Positions 1 to 12,862 are shown, counted from the first letter of the stretch. The stretch is DNA of 64,000 bases from the human T2T-CHM13v2.0 reference genome, Homo sapiens (GCF_009914755.1 NC_060926.1), one strand, 5' to 3'. A program made the numbers and translations. The notes: generated from the letters alone by a model not told the origin.

Positions 1-660
1 GCTGATAGGTGGCTTCTCAAGATAACCAGTGGAAGCCAGAAGACAGTGACACCCTTTTTTCAGTGCATTAAAGAGACAAAACAAAAACTGCCCACCTAGA
101 ATCCACAAAGCAAAAACATCCTTCAAAAATGAAATTGAAAAAAGACCTTTCAGACAAAAACTGATGGATTTCAACACTCACAGGCAGACTAAAGGAAATT
201 CTAAAGAGTACTTTTCAGGCAGAAAGGAAATGATCCCAGAGAAGGCCGAGAATGCATAAAGGAATAAGTTGCAATGGGAAGGAAAAAAAACAGATAAGTC
301 TAAATGCATATCACCTGTATGAAACAAAAATAGTAATGTCATGTGACGTATATAAAGATACGTAAAGAAGATAGACGTCAAAACAATAGCAAATAAGCTA
401 ACATGCGAATAAGTTGAATCAAACTTTAAAGCACCCTGCATTTGCAAAGAAGAAAAAACACCAACTTATATTACATTTTTATATCAAGAATTAATTTTTT
501 CATTTCAAAGGTAACCACTGGGGGAAAAAATAGCAAAAGGAAGAAGTATAACTAGTAAATTAAAAAGGGAAAAATGAGGACAAGGAGTTAATCCAAGAGA
601 TACAAGAAAGAAAAAGGAATTCAAATTTGTATGCATCTGATAAAATTGTCTTAAATACAT
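1..660 (+). mobile_element. Old L1 (L1M) fragment: ORF1 3' end, inter-ORF region and a short endonuclease remnant
   Basis: GGAAGCCAGAAGACAGTG...CCTAGAATC...CCTTCAAAAATGAA...CTTTTCAGGCAGAAAGGAAATGATCCCAGA resembles the mammalian L1 ORF1 C-terminal coding region; A-rich sense strand. Confidence 0.75.
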
Positions 661-785
661 ATGTATTTCTATATAAACTTATACACATATACATATATAA
701 AAATAAATAGGCATACATATGTGTACACACATTGCATATTGCATTAACATATTATACATACATTTGTGTGTATATTTATAAATTA
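652..785. repeat. TA/CA-rich low-complexity tract
   Basis: Degenerate ATACATAT/ACAC runs between two L1 pieces. Confidence 0.7.
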
Positions 786-2792
786 ACAAAATAAAAGAAA
801 AATCATATGATTATCTCAATAAATGAAGAAAAGTATTTGTCAAAATTCAGCATCTATCCATTTCAGCAGTATAGAAATGACAATAAATAAGTTTATCAAG
901 GTTGCAGAATACAACATTAATATAGAAACTCAACTGGACACAACCAACGAACAACCCAAAATGAATTAAGAAAACAATTCCACTTGTAATAGTATCAAAA
1001 ATAATAAAATATTTTGTAATAAAGTTAACCAAAGAAGTACAACATTTATACACAAAAACTACAAAACATTATTGTAAGAAATTAAGGAATATCTAAATAA
1101 TGGAAAGACTTCCCATGTTCATGGATTGGAACATTTATATTGTTAAAATGGCAGTACTCCTCAAATTGATGTACAGATTCAACTCAATCTCTATCAAAAT
1201 CCTAGCTAGATTTTTTTTTGCAAAAATTAACAAGCTGATTCTACAATTCATATGGACATGCAAGGGACCAATAATAGCTAAAACAATTTTGAAAAAGAAC
1301 AAATTTGGAGGACTCACACTTCTCAATTTCAATATATAGCTGAAGTTATATAGCTGCAATATTTCAAAGCTATACTAATGAAAGCATAATGATAGACATA
1401 CAGATCAATGGGATATAACTGAAAGTTCAGAAATAAACCCTTAAATTTATGGTCAGTTGATTTTCGACAAAGATACCAAGACAATGTAATTGGGAAATAA
1501 TTGTCTTCTCAACAAATTTGTGCAGGACAACTGGACATCCATATGCAAAAGAATGAAGTTGGACCCCTACCTCACATTATATACAAAAGTTAACTCAAAG
1601 TGGAACATAGACCTAAATGTAAGAGCCAAAACTACAACAATCCTAAAAGAAAGCATAGGGATAAATTTTTATGACATTAGGTTAGGAAATGGATTCTTAG
1701 ATATGACATGAAAAGTACAGACCACAAAGGAAAAAAAATAGGTACACTGGACTTCATCAAAATGGAAACCTGTGTGAGGCACAGGATATCATCAAAAAAC
1801 TGAAGAGACCAACAGAGTGGGAGAAAATACTTCCAAATTATATATACCTGATGAAGGACTTGTATCCAGAATATGTAAAGAACTCTTACGATTAAATAAT
1901 CCAAAGACAAAATATCCAACTACAAAAATGAGTAAAAATTTGAATAGACATCAATCTAAAGAAGATTTACACATGGCCAATAACCATATATGAAAATATA
2001 TTCAAAATCATTATTCGTCAGGCAAACCCCAATGAGACACCACCTCACACCTGCCAAGATAGCTATAACTTTTAAAACAAAAGCAGAAAGAAACAAACAA
2101 AAACACCGACAATAATGAACACTGATAATGATCTGGGGAAATTGGGTGCCACATACATTGCTGGTGGGACTGGAGAATTGGTCAGCCTCTTTGGAAAAGT
2201 TTGGCAATTCCTCAAAAGGTTAAACATGGAGTTAGCATACTACCCAGTGATTTCATTCCTAAGTATCTACCCATGAGAAATGAACATATATGTTCACACA
2301 ATATTTGTACACAATTCTCATGGCAGCATTATTCATAATATCCAAAATATAGAAACAACCGAAATATCCATCAGCTGACCAATGGGTAAACAAAGTGTAG
2401 TCTAGCCACATAGAGGGATATTATTCAGCCATAAAGGGATGGAAGCTCTAATACAGGTTCCAACATGGACAGACCTAGAAAACTTTATGCCAAGTGTAAG
2501 AAACCAGACATAAAAGACCACATATTGCATGACTGCATTTATGTGAAGTGTCCAGAACAGGCAATCCATGGAGACAGAGTAGCCTAGCGGCTGCCGGAGT
2601 TGGAGGGAGGAAGAAATGAGGAGTGATTGCTGATGGGTGGAAGGTTTCTTTTGCGGGTAATGAAGTTTTCTAAAATTACATGGTAGTGGTGGCTGCACAC
2701 CTCTGTGCCTATGCTGAACACCAGTGCGTTGTATACTTCAACACAGTGAATTTTATGGAATACAAATTGTATTTCAATGTAGCTATTATTAA
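785..2792 (+). mobile_element. L1MB-type element: degraded ORF2 (RT and C-terminal part) plus 3' UTR
   Basis: ORFs 1100-1339 (IVKMAVLLKLMYRFNSISIKI...KNKFGGLTL) and 1490-1711 (ICKRMKLDPYLTLYTKVNSKW..DLNVRAKT) match L1 ORF2p; L1MB-like 3' end TGAATTTTATGG...ATTTCAAT; many stops and frameshifts. Confidence 0.92.
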
Positions 2793-2829
2793 GTAGAAGA
2801 ATGTTGTTAAAGTTTTTTTAACACGCTTA

Positions 2830-3165
<336 letters not shown>

Positions 3166-3176
3166 TCAAATGGTAT

Positions 3177-3579
3177 TATATTAGTCCATTCTAGCATTGC
3201 TATAAAGAAATACCTGAGACTGGGTAATTTATAAAGAAAATCAGTTTAGTTGGCTCACAGTTCTGCAGGCTGTACAGGAAGCATGGTGGCTTCTTCTCGG
3301 GGGTGCCTCAGGGAACTTTTATTCATGGTGGAAGGTAAAGAGGGAGCAGGCATCTCGCACGGCAGGAGCAAGGGGCTGAGAGGGGGTGATACACACTTTT
3401 AAAACAAGCAGATCTCATGAGAACTCATTCACCCTATGGTACCAATGGAGGATGGTGCTAAAGCATTCGTGAGAACTCTTCCACCAAGACCCAGTCACCT
3501 CTCGCCAGGCCCCACCTCCAACACTGGGGATTAAAATTCAACATGAGGTTTGGTGGGGACGCAGATCCAAACCGTGTCA
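3177..3579 (-). mobile_element. MST (MSTA/MSTB) MaLR solo LTR
   Basis: TATTAGTCCATT...GCTATAAAGAAATACCTGAGACTGGGTAATTTATAAAG...GGTGGGGACGCAGATCCAAACCGTGTCA is the reverse complement of the MST consensus. Confidence 0.9.
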
Positions 3580-3855
3580 CGTGTATTACTTGAATTATGA
3601 ATATCACTGATTATTGTAAGGAACAAATGTGATCATGTATTAAATATGTTTGAAAACTTAAAAAACTGCTATAGAATTGCCTTTATGCAAACCTGTAACA
3701 TAGGAACATCGAAAATGTATTTCAGACACTGGACAGGCTGCAGTGCAGGGAAGACGGATCCAAACACTTCCTAGTTGTTTCAATAAGCAGGGAAAAAACA
3801 GAAAAACCAAGAATGGAGTTTGGAGAGGCAAAGACACCGAGAATGCACTTGACTG

Positions 3856-4287
3856 ACTACTGGGGAGTGGGGAACTTGGTGGAGAGAGAAACTCGGGGAA
3901 GTACTGAGCACTGACCGAGTACTGGGGAGTGGGGCACTTGGTGGAGAGAGAAACTTGGGGAAGTACTGAGCACTGACCGAGTACTGGGGAGTGGGGCACT
4001 TGGTGGAGAGAGAAACTCGGGGAAGTACTGAGCACTGACCGAGTACTGGGGAGTGGGGCACTTGGTGGAGAGAGAAACTCGGGGAAGTACTGAGCACTGA
4101 CCGAGTACTGGGCAGTGGGGCACTTGGTGGAGAGAGAAACTCGGGGAAGTACTGAGCACTGACCGAGTACTGGGGAGTGGGGCACTTGGTGGAGAGAGAA
4201 ACTCGGGGAATTACTGAGCACTGACCGAGTACTGGGCAGTGGGGCACTTCGTGGAGAGAGAAACTCAGGGAAGTACTGAGCACTGAT
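3856..4287. repeat. Minisatellite, 62-bp unit x ~7
   Basis: Unit GAGTACTGGGGAGTGGGGCACTTGGTGGAGAGAGAAACTCGGGGAAGTACTGAGCACTGACC; the (G/T)TACTGAG anchor recurs at 3901, 3963, 4025, 4087, 4149, 4211, 4273. Confidence 0.97.
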
Positions 4288-4464
4288 TCTGCATGTGTGG
4301 GGCTTGATTCCTGAAAAAGAACCACCAGAAAGCAGCAGGCTGAACAATCACCAGAGCTCACAGAGGGTTGGGAATAGTTTCCATGCCTACCAGTCAGAAT
4401 CAAGAGACTTCATGGGACAATGGGAAGAGTCCTCAGTTCGTGATGCTGTGTGGCAGGTACCATG

Positions 4465-4612
4465 AAGAGGGTGAGGCAGGAGGAGGGGGTGAAGCTGGAG
4501 GAGGGGGCGAGGCTGGAGGAGGGGTGAGGCTGGAGGAGGGGGTGAGACTGGAAGAGGGAATGAGGCTGGAGGAGGGGTGAGGCTGGAGGAGGGTGAGTCT
4601 GGAGGAAGGGAA
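4465..4612. repeat. G-rich minisatellite, ~18-19-bp unit x ~8
   Basis: GGGGTGAGGCTGGAGGAG repeated with variants. Confidence 0.9.
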
Positions 4613-4726
4613 GGTTATGGAAACACAGTGGCCCAATCTAGCCAGGTCGTAGGTGGTTTTCAAGCTTTCATTCATCCATCCAGATCTTCATCCATCCATC
4701 CACTCATTGACCATGGTTCTGCTTGA

Positions 4727-4878
4727 CAGCAGGACTAGGATAAGGCAAGTGAGATGCCCCGAAAGTTAAAGCGTTCACTCCCAGGTTTGTGCAAGTGCAG
4801 GCTCAGCCCGGGAAGCAAGTGCCTCCCTGAGTTCTGCACCCCAGGCACCCCGCCTGCCTTACCCTAGGCCCTGCCCTG
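4727..4878. mobile_element. MER96 (hAT-Tip100 MITE), palindromic
   Basis: AGGACTAGGATAAGGCAAGTGAG...GTGCAAGTGCAG...AGTGCCTCC...CCTGCCTTACCCTAGGCCCTGCCCTG; the ends are imperfect inverted repeats. Confidence 0.75.
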
Positions 4879-4890
4879 GTTCTCCCCAAC

Positions 4891-4993
4891 CAGATCGTGA
4901 GCTCGAGAACAAGGGCTAGATCTGGGTCATCTCCATGTCCCCAGCACAAAGCCACATACATAATAGGCATTCAGTGAACATTTGCTGAATCAA
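4891..4993 (+). mobile_element. L2 3' end
   Basis: AGATCGTGAGCTC...TCCCCAGCAC...ATAATAGGCATTCAGTGAACATTTGCTGAAT matches the L2 terminal motif. Confidence 0.75.
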
Positions 4994-5689
4994 ACAAACC
5001 CACATCCATCATCCCAGATCCTTGCACAGTTAGTATCCAAGGACTGCTTGTTAAAGGAATTGACGTGGGTCCTGTCCCCTGAGGTTATCTGGAAACAGGG
5101 AGCTCTGTTCTGGATGCCTTTCCCAGCCTCTCATCTCATCTGAACCTCCTTATAATGTTTCTAGAAGCACAGCCCAACCCTGGACTGTGTCTTCCTGGTT
5201 AATGGAGGCCCAGCTGTCCGTAGGTTTGTGCTGACTTTGTAACGACAAATCGAAGAGTTAGTGGTGGCCCAGGGAGGGGCAGCCAGAAGCTGTGCACCAG
5301 GTTTCTGGAGCATTCAGCCAGCTCAGAGGGCTCTGGAACAAATTGCAGGATGCTGCTAAACCTGCTTGTTCCAGGCAGCTCTGGCACGCGTGCCCCCACC
5401 ACATGGAGTGTGCTGTCCTCTAGCTCCTCACTGCAGAACGTCCTGAACCAGATCAAGGACTCTCTAATGTGACCTGGAGTGGTGTCTCCCTACAGGCCTG
5501 AGAAGGGCCCAGACTCCGTCCTGGGAGAGCCTCGCCTCTGCCTCCTCCCAGCGTCCGGAACACCTGGCGTCTCAGCTGTGGGAGGGGAGGACTGGCTTGG
5601 TGGCTCCACTGTGGCAGGGGCCCGTGGGCTGAAGAGGCAGACCTGGGACTTGGGGGCCGATGTACCACCCGGGCTGCCCTTGCCCTCAT

Positions 5690-5915
5690 CTAGGCTGAGT
5701 CAGCGTCTGAGGGCCCCAGCGGGAGGGCAGGAAACGTTCCCGTGGGTGGGAGCCGTGGGAAAGTTCTCCATGAAGCGAGCAAGCTGGAGCGTGCTGGGAA
5801 GGACGTGGGTGGGAGCAGCAGGGATGGAGGCAAAGCAGTGAAGCAGTGGCCGCAGGGGTCTGCCGGGTCATCCTGGTGCTGAACACACCTTCCGGGAAGC
5901 CTTGCTGACTCAGAG
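5690..5915. promoter_or_regulatory. Candidate signal-responsive enhancer (AP-1/MARE, RBPJ, STAT motifs)
   Basis: GCTGAGTCAGC 5694-5704; CGTGGGAA 5754-5761; TTCCGGGAA 5890-5898; TGCTGACTCA 5903-5912. Confidence 0.4.
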
Positions 5916-6599
5916 CAAGGGCGTTAACAAGCCCTTTCTCTAGCTCCACAAAGCCCCTGCTGACATGCAAAGACTTGGTTACTTCTCTATAAAGCATTTT
6001 CATTGTCTCTGGACCGTCTGGACTCTTGGGGACATGCACTTCCCCTCCCTCGCTGCTGTCACACAGTCAGGTGCCCCATCAGAGCCAGCAGTCCGGCCTC
6101 CAAGGGGGTTGGAGCCGCTGGCACCCAGCCGGGCTGGTCAGCCTCAGCTTCGCAAAGCACTCTGTGGTCTGGCACATCACTGTAGCCCTCCATCCAAGAC
6201 CCCTGTCCAAGACTAGGCACAGAAGTCCAAGGAGAGCATGCTGGTGCCTGCCCCTACCCCAGCACTGCCACCCCCAGGGGCCTGCAGTCCTGTGACACAG
6301 AAGATGCCACAGCGTTCCACACGGTGGGATCCTTTCTGTGGGGACACAGTCTGCCTTGTCCCACGTCGGTCCATGGAACACAGAAGGGTGACCACTCTGC
6401 ACTGTCAGAAGCTGCCCAACATGTGGGCGCTGCCAGGAAGCACTTCGCTAGTCCCTCCACTGGGCCATTTCCCAATGAGATCTTTCACTTGGCAAATTTA
6501 GTGTTTTGAATCAGTGTTCGTGCCGGGAATGAGGGGTGGGATGGAGGCTGCCAGTTTATCCCAGAAATTCCACATCTAACAATATTTCCAGCAGACAGG

Positions 6600-6990
6600 C
6601 TCCCATATGTTAAAGAAAGCGTGTCCAAAAATGTTTATTACAGCATTGTCAGTCATTGTGAAAAAATAGAAACAGCCCAAATGCCCATCAAGAAGGAATG
6701 GTTAAATGGGAAACCTCCAAACATATTGCTAAGTGAAAAAGCAAGTTGTAAGCCAGTTCTCACCAGGTGATTCTGTGTATTAAAAATGCCACAAATATAT
6801 ACGTCTACTTGTCTAGCGACACACACGCCTGCACGGGTCATGGCCAAAAGGACACCCCCGGTGGTGACGCGGTCGCCTCTGAGAGGTGGGTGGGATGGAC
6901 CCAGAAGAGGTGGAGGAAGACTGTCACTTCAACGGCAGGTTTTTCTCTACTTAAATTTTCGCCAGGAGGATGTACATGTGCCTTACTTGT
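6600..6990 (+). mobile_element. Degraded L1ME 3' fragment
   Basis: AATGTTTATTACAGCATTG...GAAACAGCCCAAATGCCCATCAA...ATATTGCTAAGTGAAAAAGCAAG. Confidence 0.7.
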
Positions 6991-6999
6991 ACACACATT

Positions 7000-7026
7000 T
7001 ATATATATATATATATATATATATAT
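7000..7026. repeat. (TA)n microsatellite
   Basis: ~13 TA units. Confidence 0.95.
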
Positions 7027-7183
7027 GCAGAGAGAAAGGGGGGTATACACAGATGCAGAGAGAGGTCACCTCTGACCCAAGCCTGCAGTCACCAACCAGA
7101 GACCCAGCTGCTCCATTCCCATTGCCACCATGAAGCAGGGATGCCTCCTCCTTGCTTCTTAGAAATCAGTTTTTAAAAAATCA

Positions 7184-7520
<337 letters not shown>

Positions 7521-8499
7521 GTCAGTGTCAGGAAAGCACCAGAGGCAGCAAACATTGGTCCAGGACCATCCAGGGCTGTATGTGTGCAGGTCTGTAATGC
7601 TTGGAGCATCAGACAGCAGCAGAGAGATCCCCCTCGGTGAAGAGCCTTCCCTGGAGGCTGCAATAACTCACTGCATGTGAGGCCTGCATCTATGTGTTCC
7701 AGACACCCAGCGGTTTGCAAAGCTCGGTTTTATGGCCTGGGTATCACCAGTGTCAAAAGAAGGGCAAAGGGACCTCAGCCCGGACCCCTGCCTGTGACAG
7801 GTGAGAGGGAGCACCCAGGACACCACGGGTTTTGAAGCATCCTTGAAAACCTCTTAGGTGGTCGGGTCCTGTCTTCAGAGTTCCCGGGGCGCTGTCCTCA
7901 GCCAGGACCTTGGGAAGTCCTGGTGTTTGGTCAGTTTGTTCATCAAATGGCCACGCAGTACAAGTCCTTGATGGAGAGTCAGAGCAAGCGTGTGCTTTGC
8001 AGGCTCTCCTGAGCAGCCGTGACTTCCAGCTAATGATGGCGCAATGGGCATCTGCGCTTGGCTGCTCTCCACCTCGGGCCCCAGCTGGGAGGACGGTGGA
8101 AGGGTTGTTCATCCACACAGACTGGGAGGAGACCTTCACAGACTCGAGATCTCAGTCAGCTGTGGAAGGAGGAGGCTGGGCCCGCGATGGCTCAGGGGAA
8201 ACGTGGCGGCAGAGTCTGACCCCTCAGCAGGACACCGGGGAAGCTCAGACATGGCAAGGTGGCCAAGCAGGCTGGAGGCAGGAGGGAGCCGAGGGCCCGG
8301 AGCGCGAGGATGGACGGACAGCCCAGCTCCCTGTGCAGCAGCGCCCGACGCCCCCACAAAGATCCACGTGCTCAGAGTGAAGAAAGAGAAGTTACAGTCT
8401 AACATTCTGGGCTGAGCCACGTTGCCCGTCAAGGATGGGGAAAATAAAGGCGTGCCAGGACTGCCCAGGTGCCTTCCAAAACGTTACACATGCACCTGC

Positions 8500-8800
8500 T
8501 GCGGTGAAACAAGAGGACTCCGGGAGACGAAATGACGGGGCATCCAATAAGCCCCAAGTCGGCCCGCCCCTCCCTACCGGAGGGCAGTGGAGGCCCCGCC
8601 GGGAGTCCAGGCTCCGCCACCGCCATCAGACCCGACGTGCCGAGGAGGGACTTGGGCTGGAAGGGGCGGCTGAGAGCGCTGGGCTGCAGGGGCATCTGGA
8701 AGAGCGCTGCGGCCTGGGAGAGAGCAAACCGTGCCCGGCACAAGGAGAAACACAGAGTGGACGTTCCAGGCAAAACAGAAAGCTGTGCACTTCCCGGTTC
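8500..8800. promoter_or_regulatory. Small CpG-rich promoter-like island
   Basis: About 20 CpG in ~245 bp (8521-8765), TGACG half-CRE, CCAAT (8544-8548) and GC boxes (GGCCCGCCCC, GGCCCCGCC, GGGGCGG). Confidence 0.45.
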
Positions 8801-11800
8801 TTCTGGGACTAATAAGGACTGAATCCCCAGAAATAACCGTTTAATTTATTTCCAAATTTAGAAATACATAAACATACTAATTAAAAGGACTTAGTTTTGG
8901 TCACAGAACAGCACGTAACCATTTTCTGCCTTGAAGAAGTGAGAGTGAATCCGGAAAGGAATGAGGAGGTGGAGGAAAAGGAGTCTGGGAGAACCACTGT
9001 CAGCGAGAGCCAGTCACTGCCCAAAGCGAAGGCAGCAGAAATAACGCAGACGTGCCTCTTAGAGGACTGACATTCACGGAAATCTTTGCTCATTTTTAGC
9101 GTTTCAGTAAAAACCTGGGAGGAAGAAACCAGGCTGCAAAGGCTGACAGAGGAAAGGTTGATATGATCACTCTGCAAGGAGGGGAAGGGGCCGGGATGGG
9201 ACAAGGTTGGCTGAATCCTCCCCTGCCGCTGTGCCTGGGCGGTGATCCCGGCTTGGGTGTTTCTGTGCGGGAGGCCTGTGGGGATGCTTTGGAGAATGGC
9301 CTTTGCGAGGGAATTCGGGAAGCAGAGGGCAGAGGAGACGCTCACCTGCAATGCCGTTGCAGCCCCAGCCTCGGCCGACCCTGGGAGCTGGGAAGCTGGA
9401 ATTGCCCTCAGAGGGGTCTCCAACTGGGGCAAGGGGCCAGGCCTTCAGACCACCGCATAGATTAGCCATTGGCTGGAGCGTTCCCAGGCGGAGGCATACA
9501 CTCGGGAAGGGCAAAAGGCGTCCCAAGACAGCCTGGCTGTGAGCCATCAGCAGCGACTCCCAGCCCCTCGGCCCTTCGGGGCCCCAGGCCGGGCACCACA
9601 CCATCCATCACAGTCCCCACATCCCTCAAACAGCAGTGGGGCCCGGGTGCCAGCAGCTCCTCCATGCCCTGGCGGGTCTCTTTACCCGGGAAACTCACAG
9701 CAGAGGGTTCAGTGGGACCAGCTGCAGATTCCCACTCCAGATCCCTCCACCCTTGGACAGCAGCTCCGTGAGAGAGGCGGCTCCCGGGGGGAATTAGAGG
9801 CTGCCCTCGTCATGCCGTTCATGCACTGACACTCCCACCGTGCCAGGACATGCCCCATGCTCTCTCCTTTCCGCCTTCTGCCTCCTCCAGGCCCTGCCAG
9901 TGTGGGGCTTTCTCCCCGGCCTGCTGGCCTCTTAGCTCAGAAGCCAGATGTGACCTGGTGGCAGCTACCCATGAAGTTGAATGAGACCTGTGCTGTGTCT
10001 CCCACGGAAGCACGACCCCTCCAGAGCCAGGACTTTACAATCTAAAAAGCTCAGAGTCGTGGGGAGAAGATATACCCGTCACCAAACCAATGCTGTGGAT
10101 GGGGATAAGAGGAGCCTCTCCTACCTCCACCCCTTGGCTCCATGGGTCGCCCACGGGGCACAGCATTGCTCGAGGCGCTGGTTCAGAGTGCTCTCTGCGT
10201 CCAGGCGGGCTGCCAGAAACCTTCAGTGAGCTGGTCTGCGACACTCAGGCCCTCCACCGGCACATGGGACAGCAGCACCCACGCTGCTGCAGCCTGGTAG
10301 AGATGTATCTGGGAGAAGCGTTCACCAGCTGATGGGTGTTAGCGGGGATGCGTGACTCTCCTGCACTGTTCTATGGGGGATGGAGCCGAGGAATGACCTT
10401 CTCTAGGGAAAGGCTCCTTCTGGCCCAGGAACAGAGGTCCCCTTGGGGCTCTGCTGGCCCCTTTGCGGATGTCAGCACGTTGTGTCTTAAGGCGCTCATG
10501 TCTGCTGTCCACCTGCTTCGCGTGGCAGGTGTGTCTTAATCAAGTTTGAAAGGTCTGTAGATGCTATCTTCAGGTCTAGACTAAGCTGCTCTTCAGACGG
10601 CTCTCAGTTGACATATCGGTCCCTCCCTGGTTGGCATTAGCCTGTCATCAGGCACGCCTCCCTCCCATCGAGCCTGACCCCCAATCCCATCGTCACAAGG
10701 GCGGGCTCCCTGACTCTGGATGGGGGCTGAATCACCTGCTTCCCCGCTCCCTCCCCAGCACTCCGGCAGCATCCTGACTCTGACAGTGACACTGCCTTTG
10801 TCATGACCCCTCAAAGGCAGCCATGCCCTGGGTCCCCTCTGGTGAGAATAAATTGCAACCCCGGCCCAGCTTCACTGTGCACGCAGGCAGGTGACCCAGC
10901 CACGCTCTGCACCCACGTGCTCTGTGAGGAAGCTCACCAAGGATCCAAACCCTGGAATTTGAGAGGCAGGGCTTGCATGGATGAGGATGCACAGAGATCA
11001 CGGGTTCCATGGCTGTCTGCCCATCTCTTTCCACACCCAGACCGGCTCCAACTGACAGAGCTCAGTGGATTCAGCAAGGCCCTCTCTGCACCTGAGTGGC
11101 TGAACTTCCTCAGGTGGGAGGAAATGAACCGCTCTTCATTTCCAAAAACACTGCACGGCATGGCCAGCGTGCACTGAGAGTGGTGTCCACCCACAACAGT
11201 CCTTGGCACAAGGCCACCTTGGCACCTGGCCAATTCGCCAGCCCTGACCACGTGGCCCCTGTGAAGTCAGGGGGTGCCCCGCCACTGTCCTGCCTCTCTG
11301 GTTTCAGAGACAGCAGTCCTGGTACTTTCTAAAGTAGTTCAGGTGTCCACACCTCCAGAGGCAGCTGATTTCCCTGGAAATCTTTGCTTATTTTTAGAGA
11401 GTTTCAGTAAAACCCAGGGTGAAGAAAGACACTGACAAGGCCCACAGTGAATGGCCGTCTGGCCTCTCCAGGGTCCTCTGTCATTCTGCATGCAGAGCTC
11501 CTGGCCCCAGGTCAAGAGATGAAGCCCCTTCAGGTCCACTGATGGGAGCTGTGAGAGGCCACTGCAGCCAAAGTGAAGACAACGTACAGAAGAGAATCAG
11601 CCTCTCGGGGGATTCTGGAGCAAGGGGAGCCTGTTGCATCCTCACATCTTCCCTTTTTGATGTCTCTCTTAAAAATATAACATTTCTGCTTTTAATGCAT
11701 AAGATGAAAGCAAAGGTTTGGGTATACATTAAACACTTTTAAAGCCAGCAATGTGATTCAGAACAGTAAGGGAGCAGGGAGAAGGCTGGTACTTAACAGC

Positions 11801-11975
11801 ATCATTAGCTAGGAATGTGGCTGAAGGGGAAGGAAACACTAATTGGCTTCCTGGGAGCCTCGTCCCTGAGAACAGCCCCTGTGCCATGGAAGTTTCTATC
11901 CACGTGACCGAGTAAAGGCAGAGAAAACCACGCTGGGGCATTTTTCAATTTTGCCTTGTTATTTCAAAGTAATGG

Positions 11976-12214
11976 CAGCCTGGGCAACATGGTGACACCT
12001 CATCCTTATGAATTTTTGGTTTTAATTTTCAAAAAATTAGCCAGGCATGGTGGTGTGCCCCTGGAGTGCCAGATGCTCAGGAAGCTGAGGCAGGAGGATT
12101 GCTTGAGCCTGGGAGGATGAGGCTGCAGTGAGCTATGTGCACAGTGCCACTGTGCTCGAGCTGCACTCCAGCCTGGGTGACAGAGCAAGACCCTGTCTCT
12201 AAATAAATAAATAA
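11976..12214 (+). mobile_element. AluJ, 5'-truncated
   Basis: CAGCCTGGGCAACATGG...GGAGGATTGCTTGAGCCTGGGAGG...GAGGCTGCAGTGAGCTATG...GACCCTGTCTC followed by (TAAA)n. Confidence 0.9.
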
Positions 12215-12670
12215 GCAAATATGTACATGCATGAAAGTAATGGCTATTGCCTTTTTATCATTTGGAAAGATCTCATATTCTTTCACAAAGAAAAACAGAA
12301 AATTTAAATAAGCCAAAAGGACAATATTTGCCCTCCAGCAAATCTACTTATCCATTAACTGTCCTTGTCAGCACCCTGACCTGGGATCATGGATGACACT
12401 GTCTGAAGGAGGATCAGCGCTGAAATGCTGCCCAGCGCTCAGCCCCATTTCAGGTGCTGCCAGACTGGCCTTTGGTGGAGCCCCCGCCGTGGGAACCAAG
12501 CATGTGTAGTAATCACTCCCCGCAGCACTGGCAAAGTTCTTCAGCCAGGCTGACATTAAAGTACGCAATTCTAACCTAAACGATCACTTTTCTCATTTTA
12601 ACACGTTCTTACTGCATTACAACATCTTCCCCAGTCTTCAGAAAAGTGTTGACATTTTACTCCGCATGTC

Positions 12671-12862
12671 TGTATCAGTCCCGCAGGTCTGCTGTAACAA
12701 ATTACCACGAACTGTGTGGCTTCTGCCACATTGTAAAGGCGGGAAGTTCAAAATCAAGGCATCAGTAGGGCCACGCTCCCTCCAAAGGCTCGAGAGAAGA
12801 CTCTTTCCTTTCGTCTTTCAGCTTCTGGTGAATCTGGCATTTCTGGGCTTGACTTGTGGCTG
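12671..12862 (-). mobile_element. MLT1 (B/C-like) LTR, 3' part
   Basis: TGTATCAGT...GCTGTAACAAATTACCAC...AAGTTCAAAATCAAGG...CAGCTTCTGGTG. Confidence 0.75.

Noticed and set aside
785-2792. Active L1 or intact reverse transcriptase
   Set aside because: ORF2 is fragmented by stops, frameshifts and large internal deletions
3658-4403. 200+ aa minus-strand ORFs
   Set aside because: Translations of the 62-bp minisatellite; no gene structure
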